Below are positions 8,887-18,723 of a stretch of DNA of 64,000 nt, piece after piece (within the stretch, counting starts at the first letter, position 1; each line of letters starts with the position of its first letter). Both the position numbers and the translations under genes were made by a program. The DNA comes from a virus: positions 32,001 to 96,000 of IMG/VR virus record IMGVR_UViG_3300025840_003418, one strand, 5' to 3'. The notes beneath the pieces were generated by a model. The model searched no databases. It was not told the origin of the DNA and saw only the letters and a program-made list of their open reading frames with translations.

Positions 8887-10138
8887 TTGTACATTTTGTA
8901 TGCACCCTTTTACAGGTTTAGCAACACGAGAAGACGGTGCTATAAAAGTGTGCTGCCGTAGCCAGCCGATCGGTTATATCCAAAACGAATCTTTAGAAGA
9001 TGCATGGAATAATAAATCCATGCAAGAAGTTCGCCAGCAAGTGTTAAACAACGAACGACCTGATGTTTGCAAGCCGTGTTTTGATTTAGAAGATCAGGGT
9101 GTAGAGAGCTTACGACAGCGTCATATAGCGGGAGTAATACCCGAAGCACGTATAAACTTATATCCAGATGCGTTAGATGCACTACAAGACGATTTTACAA
9201 TGCCGTTTGAACTTCCTACTATGGAAATTAAACTAAACAATCTATGTAATTTAAAATGTCGAATGTGTAACCCACTTGATTCAACTAGTTGGAAAGACTG
9301 GAATGAAGTAAAGCCTTTTTACGAAAAAGAAAACAATATCTTAATTCCAATTATCGACAAACTTACTGACACTCCGGGCAAATATATTGGCCCGTTTGAT
9401 AACTCAGACAACTGGTGGTCATCATTTGAGAAATTACTACCACACTTTAGACGTGTAGAATTTGCAGGTGGTGAGCCGTTAATGGATCCGTACCACTATA
9501 AGATACTAGACAGACTTGCAGAGTATGGAGACAACATTGAACTAAAATATGCTACTAACGGCACTACGCTAGGCATAAAAGGCGGACGTACTATACACGA
9601 CTATTGGCCTAAGTTTCGTAGCATTGCTGTAAATGTAAGCATAGACGGTATACACGACACATATGAATATATTAGAGGTAATGGTGATTTTACAGAAGTT
9701 GAAGAAAATGTAAAAGTGTTTAAAAGCTTTCCTAATGTAAATAGAGTAGTAGGTGCGTTTACTGTACAAGCAAATAATATTATGCAAATTGACAAAGTAA
9801 TAGATTACTTTTTAAACGAAATGGGCATTGTGTTTTATTCGCATAGAGTAAACTATCCACGCCCATTAAGCGCACAAACATTGCCTAATGCATTAAAGGA
9901 GAAAGTAATTGAAAACTTACAAACCATACAAGAGACCTTCCGTGATTATCCGATTGTACGAGATCATCCTGTGCTTATACCTATTACTGAGAGGCAAGTG
10001 GCCGACAACATTAATTTTTTAAAAGCAAGAGATCTAAGTGAGTATTGGCAAGATTGTATAAATTTTAATCGTGCTTTAGACAAGACTCGCAATCAAAGTT
10101 TTTTAGATTCTAACCCTGAGTTTGCTCCTTATGTATAA
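8834..10138 (+). CDS. Radical SAM protein with N-terminal SPASM/twitch-like Cys domain
   Basis: CMHPF...CC...CKPC, then CNLKCRMC, AGGEP, TNG, SIDG; true start may be slightly downstream. Confidence 0.9.
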   Translation: MNVFGVKRENGLLIKSNSCTFCMHPFTGLATREDGAIKVCCRSQPIGYIQNESLEDAWNNKSMQEVRQQVLNNERPDVCKPCFDLEDQGVESLRQRHIAGVIPEARINLYPDALDALQDDFTMPFELPTMEIKLNNLCNLKCRMCNPLDSTSWKDWNEVKPFYEKENNILIPIIDKLTDTPGKYIGPFDNSDNWWSSFEKLLPHFRRVEFAGGEPLMDPYHYKILDRLAEYGDNIELKYATNGTTLGIKGGRTIHDYWPKFRSIAVNVSIDGIHDTYEYIRGNGDFTEVEENVKVFKSFPNVNRVVGAFTVQANNIMQIDKVIDYFLNEMGIVFYSHRVNYPRPLSAQTLPNALKEKVIENLQTIQETFRDYPIVRDHPVLIPITERQVADNINFLKARDLSEYWQDCINFNRALDKTRNQSFLDSNPEFAPYV

Positions 10139-11018
10139 AGTAACTAGTAGGTGGCCGCATCAAGACTCTGTTAAAATTGAATGGAACCTCGGAAAGCGTT
10201 GTAATTTAGACTGTGCGTATTGTCCTCCTGAGATACACGACATGACATCTCCACACACTAATATAGATACATTAAAAAATACAGTTGACATATTAGAAGA
10301 ATTTGATAAACCTGTGAGAATTAGTTTTACAGGCGGAGAACCAACAGTACATCCTCACTTCGAAGAATTAGTTAAACATACAAAATCAAAACTAAGTTGG
10401 GTCAATATAACAACTAACGGATTACGAAAACCTGTATGGTATGCAGAAGCACCAGTTGATCATTATGTTTTTAGTTTACACTTTGACAACGAAAGTTGGA
10501 CAAGAGCATTAGGCAACATACTTTGGTTTAATCAGCAGAATACACAGAAGATACCCTTTCATGTAAATGTAATGGCTCATCATGACCATATGAAAAGAGT
10601 AAAAGAAGCAACAGCACGGTTAGTAGGGTATGGTATTCCGTTTGCATTACGTAGAATTAGATGGACAGAGAAGCATGACTGGTTTGACGATATGCGATAT
10701 GATGCACAGGACTTAGAATGGCTGTTAAGTGTAAATGCAACTGCAAAACCAAATTGTGTTGTTGACGAAGAAGAACTAGCACATGCTAATGACATAATTA
10801 AAACAAAACGTAATCAATTTGAGGGATGGAAGTGTGCTGCTGGCATTGAAAGTTTAATGATAAATTGGGACGGTGAAGTACATAGAGCAACTTGTCGAGT
10901 AGGAGGTAGTTTAGGTAACATTTACAACGGTAGTTTTACACGCCCTACCGAGTATATAGACTGCACACGTAAATTTTGTACTTGTGCTGCTGATATTCCT
11001 TTAACAAAATTTAAATAA
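10131..11018 (+). CDS. Radical SAM protein with C-terminal twitch/SPASM domain
   Basis: CNLDCAYC, TGGEPT, TTNG; C-terminal CAAG...C...GN...C...CTC. Confidence 0.9.
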   Translation: MYKVTSRWPHQDSVKIEWNLGKRCNLDCAYCPPEIHDMTSPHTNIDTLKNTVDILEEFDKPVRISFTGGEPTVHPHFEELVKHTKSKLSWVNITTNGLRKPVWYAEAPVDHYVFSLHFDNESWTRALGNILWFNQQNTQKIPFHVNVMAHHDHMKRVKEATARLVGYGIPFALRRIRWTEKHDWFDDMRYDAQDLEWLLSVNATAKPNCVVDEEELAHANDIIKTKRNQFEGWKCAAGIESLMINWDGEVHRATCRVGGSLGNIYNGSFTRPTEYIDCTRKFCTCAADIPLTKFK

Positions 11019-11925
11019 ACTTAGTAATATGTGTATCAGGTTGACAATCACAGCAGTCTAGCGGGCAAATAATAGAGTCTAGTTTATCAAAGTTTACTCC
11101 ACAACTTCCTTTTATATTAAGTCCTGCGTCGACACTTATCCGTTCAACAGGCATATTACAGTTCCAACCTTTAAAATAATTTTGTTTGTTTGCTATATAG
11201 GTATTATTATATGCAGGAAAAGATTTGTCATCATAAAATCCTAAACTTTCTACTGTCCTGTATTCGCTTATATCCTTTTCAAAAAATACAAATCTTTTAG
11301 TAGAACGTTTTATGTATTCTAGTTGTTCATTAGTATAACTATCTATATCATGTCCAGGCGCAGCAACTACTTCTTTGGCTAAAATTTTCCATTGTTCTTT
11401 ACTATGTTGCATCTTATCAATATAACTAACACAGAGATCCCAACGTTTTGCATCCATAAGCATCATTGCCGTAACTTCAGTGCCTTTTTGTGTAAGTACG
11501 TCTGCAACATTAATAAAATGATCTATATCAACGTCTTCAGAATGACAACTTAAATGTACCTTATCTAAATATTTTGCATTATTACTCCACCACTTTAAAG
11601 TTCTACTACCATTTGTTACTAGTTGAATTTTTACATTTTCTAATAATGTAATTTGAGAACAAAATTGATCAAGTATAGGCCAAAGTGTAGGTTCACCTCC
11701 GCCTGCTATAGTAATATTAAATTTATCTTTACCTATCGAAGAATAATCTGCAAATAACTTTTTAAATTTGTTTAATACAATATCTAAATTTTTTTCAAAT
11801 CTATATATGCCATCCTTACTACCCGGAAAGCAATATGAACAATTAAAGTTACAAATATCAGTTGGCCAGAATGTGATATCTAATTCGTTGTAAGGTCGTG
11901 TTGTTATAATTTTTGTTAACTTCAT
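11011..11925 (-). CDS. Radical SAM protein with C-terminal twitch-like domain
   Basis: CNFNCSYC, GGGEPT, TNGS; C-terminal GWNC...C...CPLDCCDC. Confidence 0.9.
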   Translation of the reverse strand: MKLTKIITTRPYNELDITFWPTDICNFNCSYCFPGSKDGIYRFEKNLDIVLNKFKKLFADYSSIGKDKFNITIAGGGEPTLWPILDQFCSQITLLENVKIQLVTNGSRTLKWWSNNAKYLDKVHLSCHSEDVDIDHFINVADVLTQKGTEVTAMMLMDAKRWDLCVSYIDKMQHSKEQWKILAKEVVAAPGHDIDSYTNEQLEYIKRSTKRFVFFEKDISEYRTVESLGFYDDKSFPAYNNTYIANKQNYFKGWNCNMPVERISVDAGLNIKGSCGVNFDKLDSIICPLDCCDCQPDTHITKFI

Positions 11926-13304
11926 AACAAGTGTGCCAGTTCAGGAAATACAGAAGCGGCGTTTAGATTTCTTATTTTATCTAATTTAGTTACATATTCT
12001 TTAAAACCGCTAAGCCTATAACTATTATCAACCGAATCCATATGTTCTAGTAATGCTTCCCAGCGTCTCCAACCATAAGGATTAACATTCCAATAATCGT
12101 CATCTTGAGTATAGTTATTCCAAAGCCACTCTTTAAAATCTGCAAATCTACGGTGTACATCTTCTTTATCTTCTTTTGGAAGTATTGTAATATTTAAAAA
12201 TGTAGGTATATGTACCAAGTGCATATTTACTAAACCGCCGCCCATAAGAACTCCACCAACTAAACCAACATTCATTTTTTTAAAATTTTGATTAACTTTC
12301 CATTTTATAAAATCTGGTAGATGTTTAATGTTAAAAATTTGTACTGCGGTTGCCATACTAACATGTATATTATCAGGTGTTGAATCTAATAAATGTAGTG
12401 TACGACTTACTTCGTCAAATTTAGTTGGATATCTTATATAATCATCTCGCTGTTCTATTGCATCAACACTTACTGCAAACTTTACTTTTCTAAATTTACT
12501 CCACAGATCAATAAGTTCATTATCTACTAATAATCCATTAGAGTTATATCTTAGCAATATACTAGATTGATAGCCTTGGCGGATAATTTCTTTAATAAAC
12601 ATTTTATGTTCTTTTATCATTAAAGGCTCGCCGCCTGCAAAATATACTTGTTTTAAATTAGGAATTTGTTTATATAACTCTCCCCAAAATGTGTCCTTTT
12701 CATGCCACTTATTATTAAATTCTTTTTTCTCCCAGCCCATTTGTTGTTTTACTTCAGGATTTTCTAACTGGGGATACAGCAGCTTCCAATCTTGTACCCA
12801 TTTAGAACTATCGTGCGGACTGCACATTACACATTTAATGTTACAAGTATGACCAAGCCTTAAATCTAAATATTGCAATTGTTCAGGAACAGTGCCGTCT
12901 TCTTCAGTTTGTTTAATAAGATCTGGTATATCTATACCTTCGTCTTTATACCACGTTCCAGTTTCCCATATACGTTTACTAACAATTCCTTGTTCTTCTT
13001 CTTTATAACATCCCATACAACTTGCTGGTTTATTTCCGTTAAGCATATCTAATCTTACATTACGCATATATTGATTGTTCCACGCTTCCATAGGAGTAGT
13101 CTTAGCAAAGTTTGCAGGACGACCGTCGTCTCCTTTTATTAAACCAACTTCATGGTCTTCGCCTGCTCCACTAGCATTTGCTGTACAACATAATCGCATA
13201 TCACCATTTGGTCGAGTTGCTAAGTGTATCCAAGGAAGAACACAAAACGTATCACTACCACTTACTTTTTTAATTTCAGTTTGGTAAGATTTAATTTTAT
13301 CCAT
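11922..13304 (-). CDS. Radical SAM protein with N-terminal SPASM/twitch-like Cys domain
   Basis: CVLPW...CC...CMGC, then CNIKCVMC, AGGEP, NSNG; paralog of 8834..10138. Confidence 0.9.
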   Translation of the reverse strand: MDKIKSYQTEIKKVSGSDTFCVLPWIHLATRPNGDMRLCCTANASGAGEDHEVGLIKGDDGRPANFAKTTPMEAWNNQYMRNVRLDMLNGNKPASCMGCYKEEEQGIVSKRIWETGTWYKDEGIDIPDLIKQTEEDGTVPEQLQYLDLRLGHTCNIKCVMCSPHDSSKWVQDWKLLYPQLENPEVKQQMGWEKKEFNNKWHEKDTFWGELYKQIPNLKQVYFAGGEPLMIKEHKMFIKEIIRQGYQSSILLRYNSNGLLVDNELIDLWSKFRKVKFAVSVDAIEQRDDYIRYPTKFDEVSRTLHLLDSTPDNIHVSMATAVQIFNIKHLPDFIKWKVNQNFKKMNVGLVGGVLMGGGLVNMHLVHIPTFLNITILPKEDKEDVHRRFADFKEWLWNNYTQDDDYWNVNPYGWRRWEALLEHMDSVDNSYRLSGFKEYVTKLDKIRNLNAASVFPELAHLL

Positions 13305-14379
13305 TTATAGTTTCCGTAGTAACAATCTGCTCATAAGGTTTTGATATTTCTTTAATTGTGCCACAACTTCTTGCACAGGTAATCATTTTTTGTTTAAACC
13401 AGTATTTGTTCCAAACTGTATGCCATAACTTTGCATTTACAATATCTTCGATAGATTTTTGTAAAGAATTAATATTATCATATCCGCCAAGATCTGTAAT
13501 ATATTCTTCGTGCTGTGTTCTTATATCTATTCGAGCCTGAGTTGTCTCATCTTTTGGTATATTTGTAAACGGCACACTTGCAAGATAACAACAAGGATAT
13601 ACTATCCTATTAGCATCAATATATATTTCCTTCGTGTGTAAAACATAACAATTTATCTCACTATTATTAACTATTTCTTTATAGTTTTTAATAACATCGT
13701 TACTTATAAAAGACATCTTGTTATCACTAGGAGGTTCTATATAATGTGTAGTAGTTGCATTTGAATCTAAAACAGCATATTTTGGTTCACCGATAAATCG
13801 ACTACTATTCTTTACTGAAAAATGTTTAAATTTCATTTCTTTTGCTAATTTTTCTGCTTCTCCTACTTGGTGCTCGTTATGTTTAAATTTAATAAAACAC
13901 CATTCAGCAGTTCCTCCTGCATTAATAAATGCCCGAGCATTTGAAATAATTTTTTCAAAACTAGTACCGATCCTATATAATGAATGTGTATCGGCTAAAC
14001 CATCCAGTGCAAAAACTACTCTACTATCTTTGGGTAATGTTTGGGCTAACAATTCCCACCACTGTGTAGTACGTGCGCTACCATTTGTATGTATAGCGAT
14101 GTTTATTTCAGGTTTATACTCTACTGCATATTTGCACATATCTATTAAATCATTATTAATAATAGGATCGCCAAAATTTCCACAGAAATAAAAACCAGTG
14201 ATTTTATCTAAAACACTGTGAGATAAAATTTTCTTAAAATCAGATACTGTCCAATCATTATTCTTTATTAAAGGATTATCTAAACCGCCTCTAATATTTC
14301 TATTACACATAGGACAGCTTGCTTGACAGCGATTTGTAATTTCAAGATGGATTTGTGTTAGCTCGTTAAAATGGAACAT
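13297..14379 (-). CDS. Radical SAM/SPASM-domain protein
   Basis: CQASCPMC, GNFGDP, TNGS, LDG; C-terminal C...YPCC...CARSC. Confidence 0.9.
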   Translation of the reverse strand: MFHFNELTQIHLEITNRCQASCPMCNRNIRGGLDNPLIKNNDWTVSDFKKILSHSVLDKITGFYFCGNFGDPIINNDLIDMCKYAVEYKPEINIAIHTNGSARTTQWWELLAQTLPKDSRVVFALDGLADTHSLYRIGTSFEKIISNARAFINAGGTAEWCFIKFKHNEHQVGEAEKLAKEMKFKHFSVKNSSRFIGEPKYAVLDSNATTTHYIEPPSDNKMSFISNDVIKNYKEIVNNSEINCYVLHTKEIYIDANRIVYPCCYLASVPFTNIPKDETTQARIDIRTQHEEYITDLGGYDNINSLQKSIEDIVNAKLWHTVWNKYWFKQKMITCARSCGTIKEISKPYEQIVTTETING

Positions 14380-14386
14380 TATAGAA

Positions 14387-14402
14387 TATTTATGACTAAA
14401 TA
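14387..14402. promoter_or_regulatory. Divergent T4-late-type promoter boxes
   Basis: tattta 14387-14392 (minus, 7 nt before ATG 14379); taaata 14397-14402 (plus, followed by AGGAG SD). Confidence 0.7.
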
Positions 14403-14421
14403 ACTGTATAGGAGAACCAAG

Positions 14422-15081
14422 ATGGACATAAGAAAAAATTTAAGCAAAGCTATAATTCGCAGCCAACACTGTCAGCGTAATTGGGATTTAGATAAAGTAA
14501 TACCTCAAGAAGATTTAGACATACTTAAAACAAGCTTAACACAAGCTCCTAGTTTACAAAATGTGGCATTCTATAAGGTTCACTTTATACAAGATAGAGA
14601 GACTATCGAAAAAGTACACGCAGCAACACACGGTGCACCGTACGCTATTGCAGAAGATGGTACTAAAATAGTTGATCCGCATCCACGAGACGAAGACAAA
14701 TATCACGAAATGGGAGATGCTACACAAAGTCAAACATTAGCAAATCTTGTTGTAGTTTTTGAAGACTATTATAAAGTAGAATCACACTTTAAAGAAAAAA
14801 GAATTGCTGACGAACCGAAAGATTTTGATAAAAATGTAGCTTTAGGTATAGTTTCTGGTTATTTAAATTTAACTGCTCAGATGTTAGGTTATGCAACTGG
14901 TTGTTGTTTAAGTATGGATCATGTAAAAGTTAAAGAAGCACTAAATTTAGAGAATGATCCTTTATTGATAATGGGTGTAGGGTTTAAACAAGAAGGTGTA
15001 AGCCGCAGAAAACATCAAGTTGACGATGAAATTTTATATCCTACAAATAAAAGACAAGAAGTTCCAGTCGTAGAATATTAA
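14422..15081 (+). CDS. Nitroreductase-family flavoprotein
   Basis: RSQHCQRNWD...APSLQN...GIVSGYLNLTAQMLGYATGC...MGVG nitroreductase pattern; AGGAG SD. Confidence 0.8.
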   Translation: MDIRKNLSKAIIRSQHCQRNWDLDKVIPQEDLDILKTSLTQAPSLQNVAFYKVHFIQDRETIEKVHAATHGAPYAIAEDGTKIVDPHPRDEDKYHEMGDATQSQTLANLVVVFEDYYKVESHFKEKRIADEPKDFDKNVALGIVSGYLNLTAQMLGYATGCCLSMDHVKVKEALNLENDPLLIMGVGFKQEGVSRRKHQVDDEILYPTNKRQEVPVVEY

Positions 15082-15641
15082 TGCCCTTACACTATGATAT
15101 AGATTTAAAAAATTTTATAGATATACAGGAACGTTTTAGCAAGTATATTAATAAAGATCTAATCGGGCAATCAATAACAGTATTTGATAAAACAGACAAT
15201 GATATCATCTGGTTACGAGAAAAAATTATAGATGATATCATCGATATATTCTCAGAAGATCCAAAAATTAAAATATGTGTGCTAGGTGGGTTAAGCGGAA
15301 ATGAAAGTTTACGAGTTCATATAGATGGACATAATCCTCCTACACCGGATCAACATTGGGCATTAAATATTCCTATATTTAATTGCCAAGATACAACAAT
15401 GTATTGGTATGATAGTAATTATGACATTGGATACGCAACTCCTACAAATAAACCAAATTTACCAGCAGATGATTCGCAACATTTAAGACCAATATGGATA
15501 GGTAATCCTAAAGTTATAGACGAGTGTTCTATAGATAAACCAAAAGTTGTAAAAGTAACTACACCACATAGTGTTACAAATTTTTCAAAACACCCTAGAT
15601 ACTTATTAAGTGTTCGATTTAACATAGAAACTAATTTATAA
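15081..15641 (+). CDS. Cupin/2OG-Fe(II) oxygenase-like protein
   Basis: HID...ALNIPI...PHSVTN...R...SVRF. Confidence 0.6.
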   Translation: MPLHYDIDLKNFIDIQERFSKYINKDLIGQSITVFDKTDNDIIWLREKIIDDIIDIFSEDPKIKICVLGGLSGNESLRVHIDGHNPPTPDQHWALNIPIFNCQDTTMYWYDSNYDIGYATPTNKPNLPADDSQHLRPIWIGNPKVIDECSIDKPKVVKVTTPHSVTNFSKHPRYLLSVRFNIETNL

Positions 15642-15644
15642 AAC

Positions 15645-15651
15645 ATAAGTA
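15645..15651 (+). promoter_or_regulatory. Possible late promoter variant ATAAGTA
   Basis: ATAAGTA in the short gap before GAGG SD and ATG 15671; the same variant occurs at 53620-53626 (minus). Confidence 0.4.
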
Positions 15652-15670
15652 TTTCCGTAGAGGAAATTAA

Positions 15671-16372
15671 ATGATACAATATATTGGTAATTATGCAGAT
15701 TGGATACCGGATACCTGGTGTAAAGAAGTGTTGTCAAATCCTGGGTTTGAAATGCCAAAACATAGTTTGCGAAATGAAGCAAGATTTAATCCGATACTAC
15801 GTGAATTTATACAAGACATAAGTTACATACATACAAAGGAAGATTATCTAAATATACAAGAACATCTAAACACATTAGATCCTAATGATAAAGCAGTTAA
15901 ACATGCAAAGATACATATAGATTATCTCGATCCGGATCGAGAAATGGGCGAAGAATATGACATGTATACAAACTCAGGATATGATGTATATGCGAATCAT
16001 TTTAGTCTACTAGAAAAATTTGATTTATCATTTGACCTTTTAGACAATCCTCCGCCATTTTTAGACTATAAAGGTAAACACATTACTTGGTGGTTTAGTA
16101 CAATGAAACCAGGAGACTTAATGCCTGTACATACTGATAGAGCAAAACCTGATATACCTATAAATAAATATTGGATGCCTTGGACTGATTACGAACCAGG
16201 ACACATATTTATTATAGGTGATAAAGAAGTTTCTAATTATAAAAAAGGTGATGTGTATAAGTTTGACTACGCAGGTGACTGGCACGGTGCTTGCAATTTA
16301 GGTACAACAAACAGATGTATTTTACAAATAGTAGACTATAAACCTTCAAGGAACATTGATGGAGTTTGTTAA
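15671..16372 (+). CDS. 2OG-Fe(II) oxygenase-like protein, paralog family B
   Basis: YIGNYADWI...PGDLMPVHTD...YWMPWTDYEPGHIF...YKKGDVY...HGACNLG...R..LQ. Confidence 0.7.
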   Translation: MIQYIGNYADWIPDTWCKEVLSNPGFEMPKHSLRNEARFNPILREFIQDISYIHTKEDYLNIQEHLNTLDPNDKAVKHAKIHIDYLDPDREMGEEYDMYTNSGYDVYANHFSLLEKFDLSFDLLDNPPPFLDYKGKHITWWFSTMKPGDLMPVHTDRAKPDIPINKYWMPWTDYEPGHIFIIGDKEVSNYKKGDVYKFDYAGDWHGACNLGTTNRCILQIVDYKPSRNIDGVC

Positions 16373-16925
16373 AAATTATAAAAACTGGATCAATCCTTCT
16401 TGGATTGAAGAAATAACAAACACACCCGGGTTGTCCGTACCGAAAGACATGTTTCAAAATATAAATATTTTTGAGGAAATTGAAAACGGCAAGCGTGAGC
16501 CGATGGATAAGTCTGAGGAGGAAATTTATAAAGTTTACGGAACTGACTTAGTACAATTTCAACTTTTAGAAAAGGATGGATTAAGTTTTAAAATTGATCC
16601 TCCTTGGATTCAGCCAGATGAAGACTTTACTTGGTGGATAATAAAAATGTATCCCGGACAATATATACCGGTCCATAGAGATAATCCAAGAGGTGACGAC
16701 AAAAACACACGAAGGTATTGGATGCCATTAACAGAATATGACCCAGGACACATATTTGTATACGAAGACATAACCGTAAGCAAATATAATAAAGGTGATC
16801 TATACTTGTATAATGAAACAAAAGCACTACACGGAGCAATAAACATAGGTTCGACTACTCGTATAATATTGCAAGTTTCTGCATATTATAAAAAGGATGA
16901 AGTAAAAAATGAAATACATAGATAA
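16356..16925 (+). CDS. 2OG-Fe(II) oxygenase-like protein, paralog family B
   Basis: PGQYIPVHRD...RYWMPLTEYDPGHIF...KGDLY...HGAINIG...R..LQ. Confidence 0.7.
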   Translation: MMEFVKNYKNWINPSWIEEITNTPGLSVPKDMFQNINIFEEIENGKREPMDKSEEEIYKVYGTDLVQFQLLEKDGLSFKIDPPWIQPDEDFTWWIIKMYPGQYIPVHRDNPRGDDKNTRRYWMPLTEYDPGHIFVYEDITVSKYNKGDLYLYNETKALHGAINIGSTTRIILQVSAYYKKDEVKNEIHR

Positions 16926-17436
16926 CATGAAGAATTTAGATGTATCTGAAGAAACACTCGATACTTGGAGAAAATTAATTTTAGAAAACGAAGGATTGCA
17001 TAGGCCGAGAGACGGAGGAAAGCCGCAGGGACCTGAAGGAGAAAAAGAGTGGCAAAAAGCAATCGATGCTGGATATGATCCAACAGCTACTTACTTTCAA
17101 ATGTTTGATAAAAACAATTGTCCTTTTGATTTACCAGAATTCCATAAATGTGGAAGATCAAGACACTGGTGGTTAACAAAAATGATGCCAGGAGACTTTA
17201 TGCCGATGCATGTTGACCCGCACACTACTGTACAAAAAAATGCTCAGAGATTTTGGATCCCTTTACAAGATTGGGAAATAGGACATATATTTAAGTTTCA
17301 AGATGAAATAGTAACAAACTATAAAAAGGGTGATATATACGAATACGACGATGCACAAGGTCTACACGGAGCAGCAAATATAGGTTTAACACCTCGTGTA
17401 GTTTTACAAGTAACATTATATGAGGAAGAACAATGA
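16909..17436 (+). CDS. 2OG-Fe(II) oxygenase-like protein, paralog family B
   Basis: PGDFMPMHVD...RFWIP...GHIF...YKKGDIY...HGAANIG..PR..LQ. Confidence 0.7.
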   Translation: MKYIDNMKNLDVSEETLDTWRKLILENEGLHRPRDGGKPQGPEGEKEWQKAIDAGYDPTATYFQMFDKNNCPFDLPEFHKCGRSRHWWLTKMMPGDFMPMHVDPHTTVQKNAQRFWIPLQDWEIGHIFKFQDEIVTNYKKGDIYEYDDAQGLHGAANIGLTPRVVLQVTLYEEEQ

Positions 17437-17987
17437 AGTATATAGGAAATTATCGAGACTGGCTACAAGACGAATGGATTGCATATGCTCTCGAGAATGA
17501 AGGCATAGAGCAACCAAAAGCCGAGTTTGTTGATAATGACATTGAAGGTGCAATTGAAAGAGGAGAACGTGCAGAGTTCTGTGATTTTCAAAAAAAGTAC
17601 GGCGATGCAGGTTACGATGTTAAGTCTTTAATGTATTATATATTTGACGGGAGAAACTTTCCATTTGATATAGGTATACCGCCTTGGGTAACTACATACA
17701 AAGATGGAACTAGCGGAACTTATTTTAATCTATTTAAATATAAGCCCGGTCATGTACTTCCTATACACAGCGATAGAACAACAAAGTTTGAAAAAAATTG
17801 TGTACGTTATTGGATGAGTTGGAAAGATTATGAACCTGGTCATATTTTAATATACGATGATAAATTAATTGGGCCATATAAAGCAGGCGATGTATATGAA
17901 TTCGATGATCCATTTGCAATACACGGCGCAGCAAATATAGGGCTATCAGAAAGACTAACGTTTCAATTTACAATATATGATGAGTAA
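17433..17987 (+). CDS. 2OG-Fe(II) oxygenase-like protein, paralog family B
   Basis: YIGNYRDWL...PGHVLPIHSD...RYWMSWKDYEPGHIL...YKAGDVY...HGAANIG...R..FQ. Confidence 0.7.
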   Translation: MKYIGNYRDWLQDEWIAYALENEGIEQPKAEFVDNDIEGAIERGERAEFCDFQKKYGDAGYDVKSLMYYIFDGRNFPFDIGIPPWVTTYKDGTSGTYFNLFKYKPGHVLPIHSDRTTKFEKNCVRYWMSWKDYEPGHILIYDDKLIGPYKAGDVYEFDDPFAIHGAANIGLSERLTFQFTIYDE

Positions 17988-18723
17988 ATTATATGTATTT
18001 GGTTGTAGTTATGCCACTGGTGAAGAATTATTAGCACACGAATTATCTATTAACGACTATAGATTAGCAACGTCTGATGATCCACGTAAATTTTTTAAAA
18101 AGTTAGAAACTGAGAATCTACAAGAAGAATACAACGCTATAAAAGAAAAACAAAAACTAATATCTTGGCCGCAATTATTAGCAGATAAACTAAATTTACA
18201 ATGTTGCAATTATGCCGAAAGCGGAAATAGTTTAGATAAAATTGTATATCAAGTTTTTGAAAACAATTATAAGTTTACTAACAATGATATAGTAATTGTC
18301 TCACTCACTAAAGCAACACGCAATGCAATATTTAATAAAACTGTAGAATCTTTTCAGTTACCATCATTATTATGGCCGTACAAAGGTTTATTAGGAGTAA
18401 AAGATACAGGAGATATAAAACCTGTTATTAATGAACAGACTGACAAGGCACTAATAGATTGGTTTTCGGATGACAGAATATCTTGGGATTTTGTCAAAAA
18501 CTTACAAGTATTAGAATACTACAATATAAATATTGTTCCTGCTATGAATAATAATATTATTTCATCTATGCCTATAATATTAGATTTATACGAAAAAAGT
18601 AAATCTAAATTTTTAACAGATAAAGGTTTAGATTTTTTTTGTGAAGAACGACTAGCCTGGGGGCATCCAAATAAAGATGCTCATATAAAATATGCGGAGC
18701 ACTTATATGAAATTTTACGGTAA
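17977..18723 (+). CDS. SGNH hydrolase-like protein
   Basis: VFGCSY..G, WPQLLA, NYAESGNS, WGHP...H. Confidence 0.65.
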   Translation: MMSKLYVFGCSYATGEELLAHELSINDYRLATSDDPRKFFKKLETENLQEEYNAIKEKQKLISWPQLLADKLNLQCCNYAESGNSLDKIVYQVFENNYKFTNNDIVIVSLTKATRNAIFNKTVESFQLPSLLWPYKGLLGVKDTGDIKPVINEQTDKALIDWFSDDRISWDFVKNLQVLEYYNINIVPAMNNNIISSMPIILDLYEKSKSKFLTDKGLDFFCEERLAWGHPNKDAHIKYAEHLYEILR

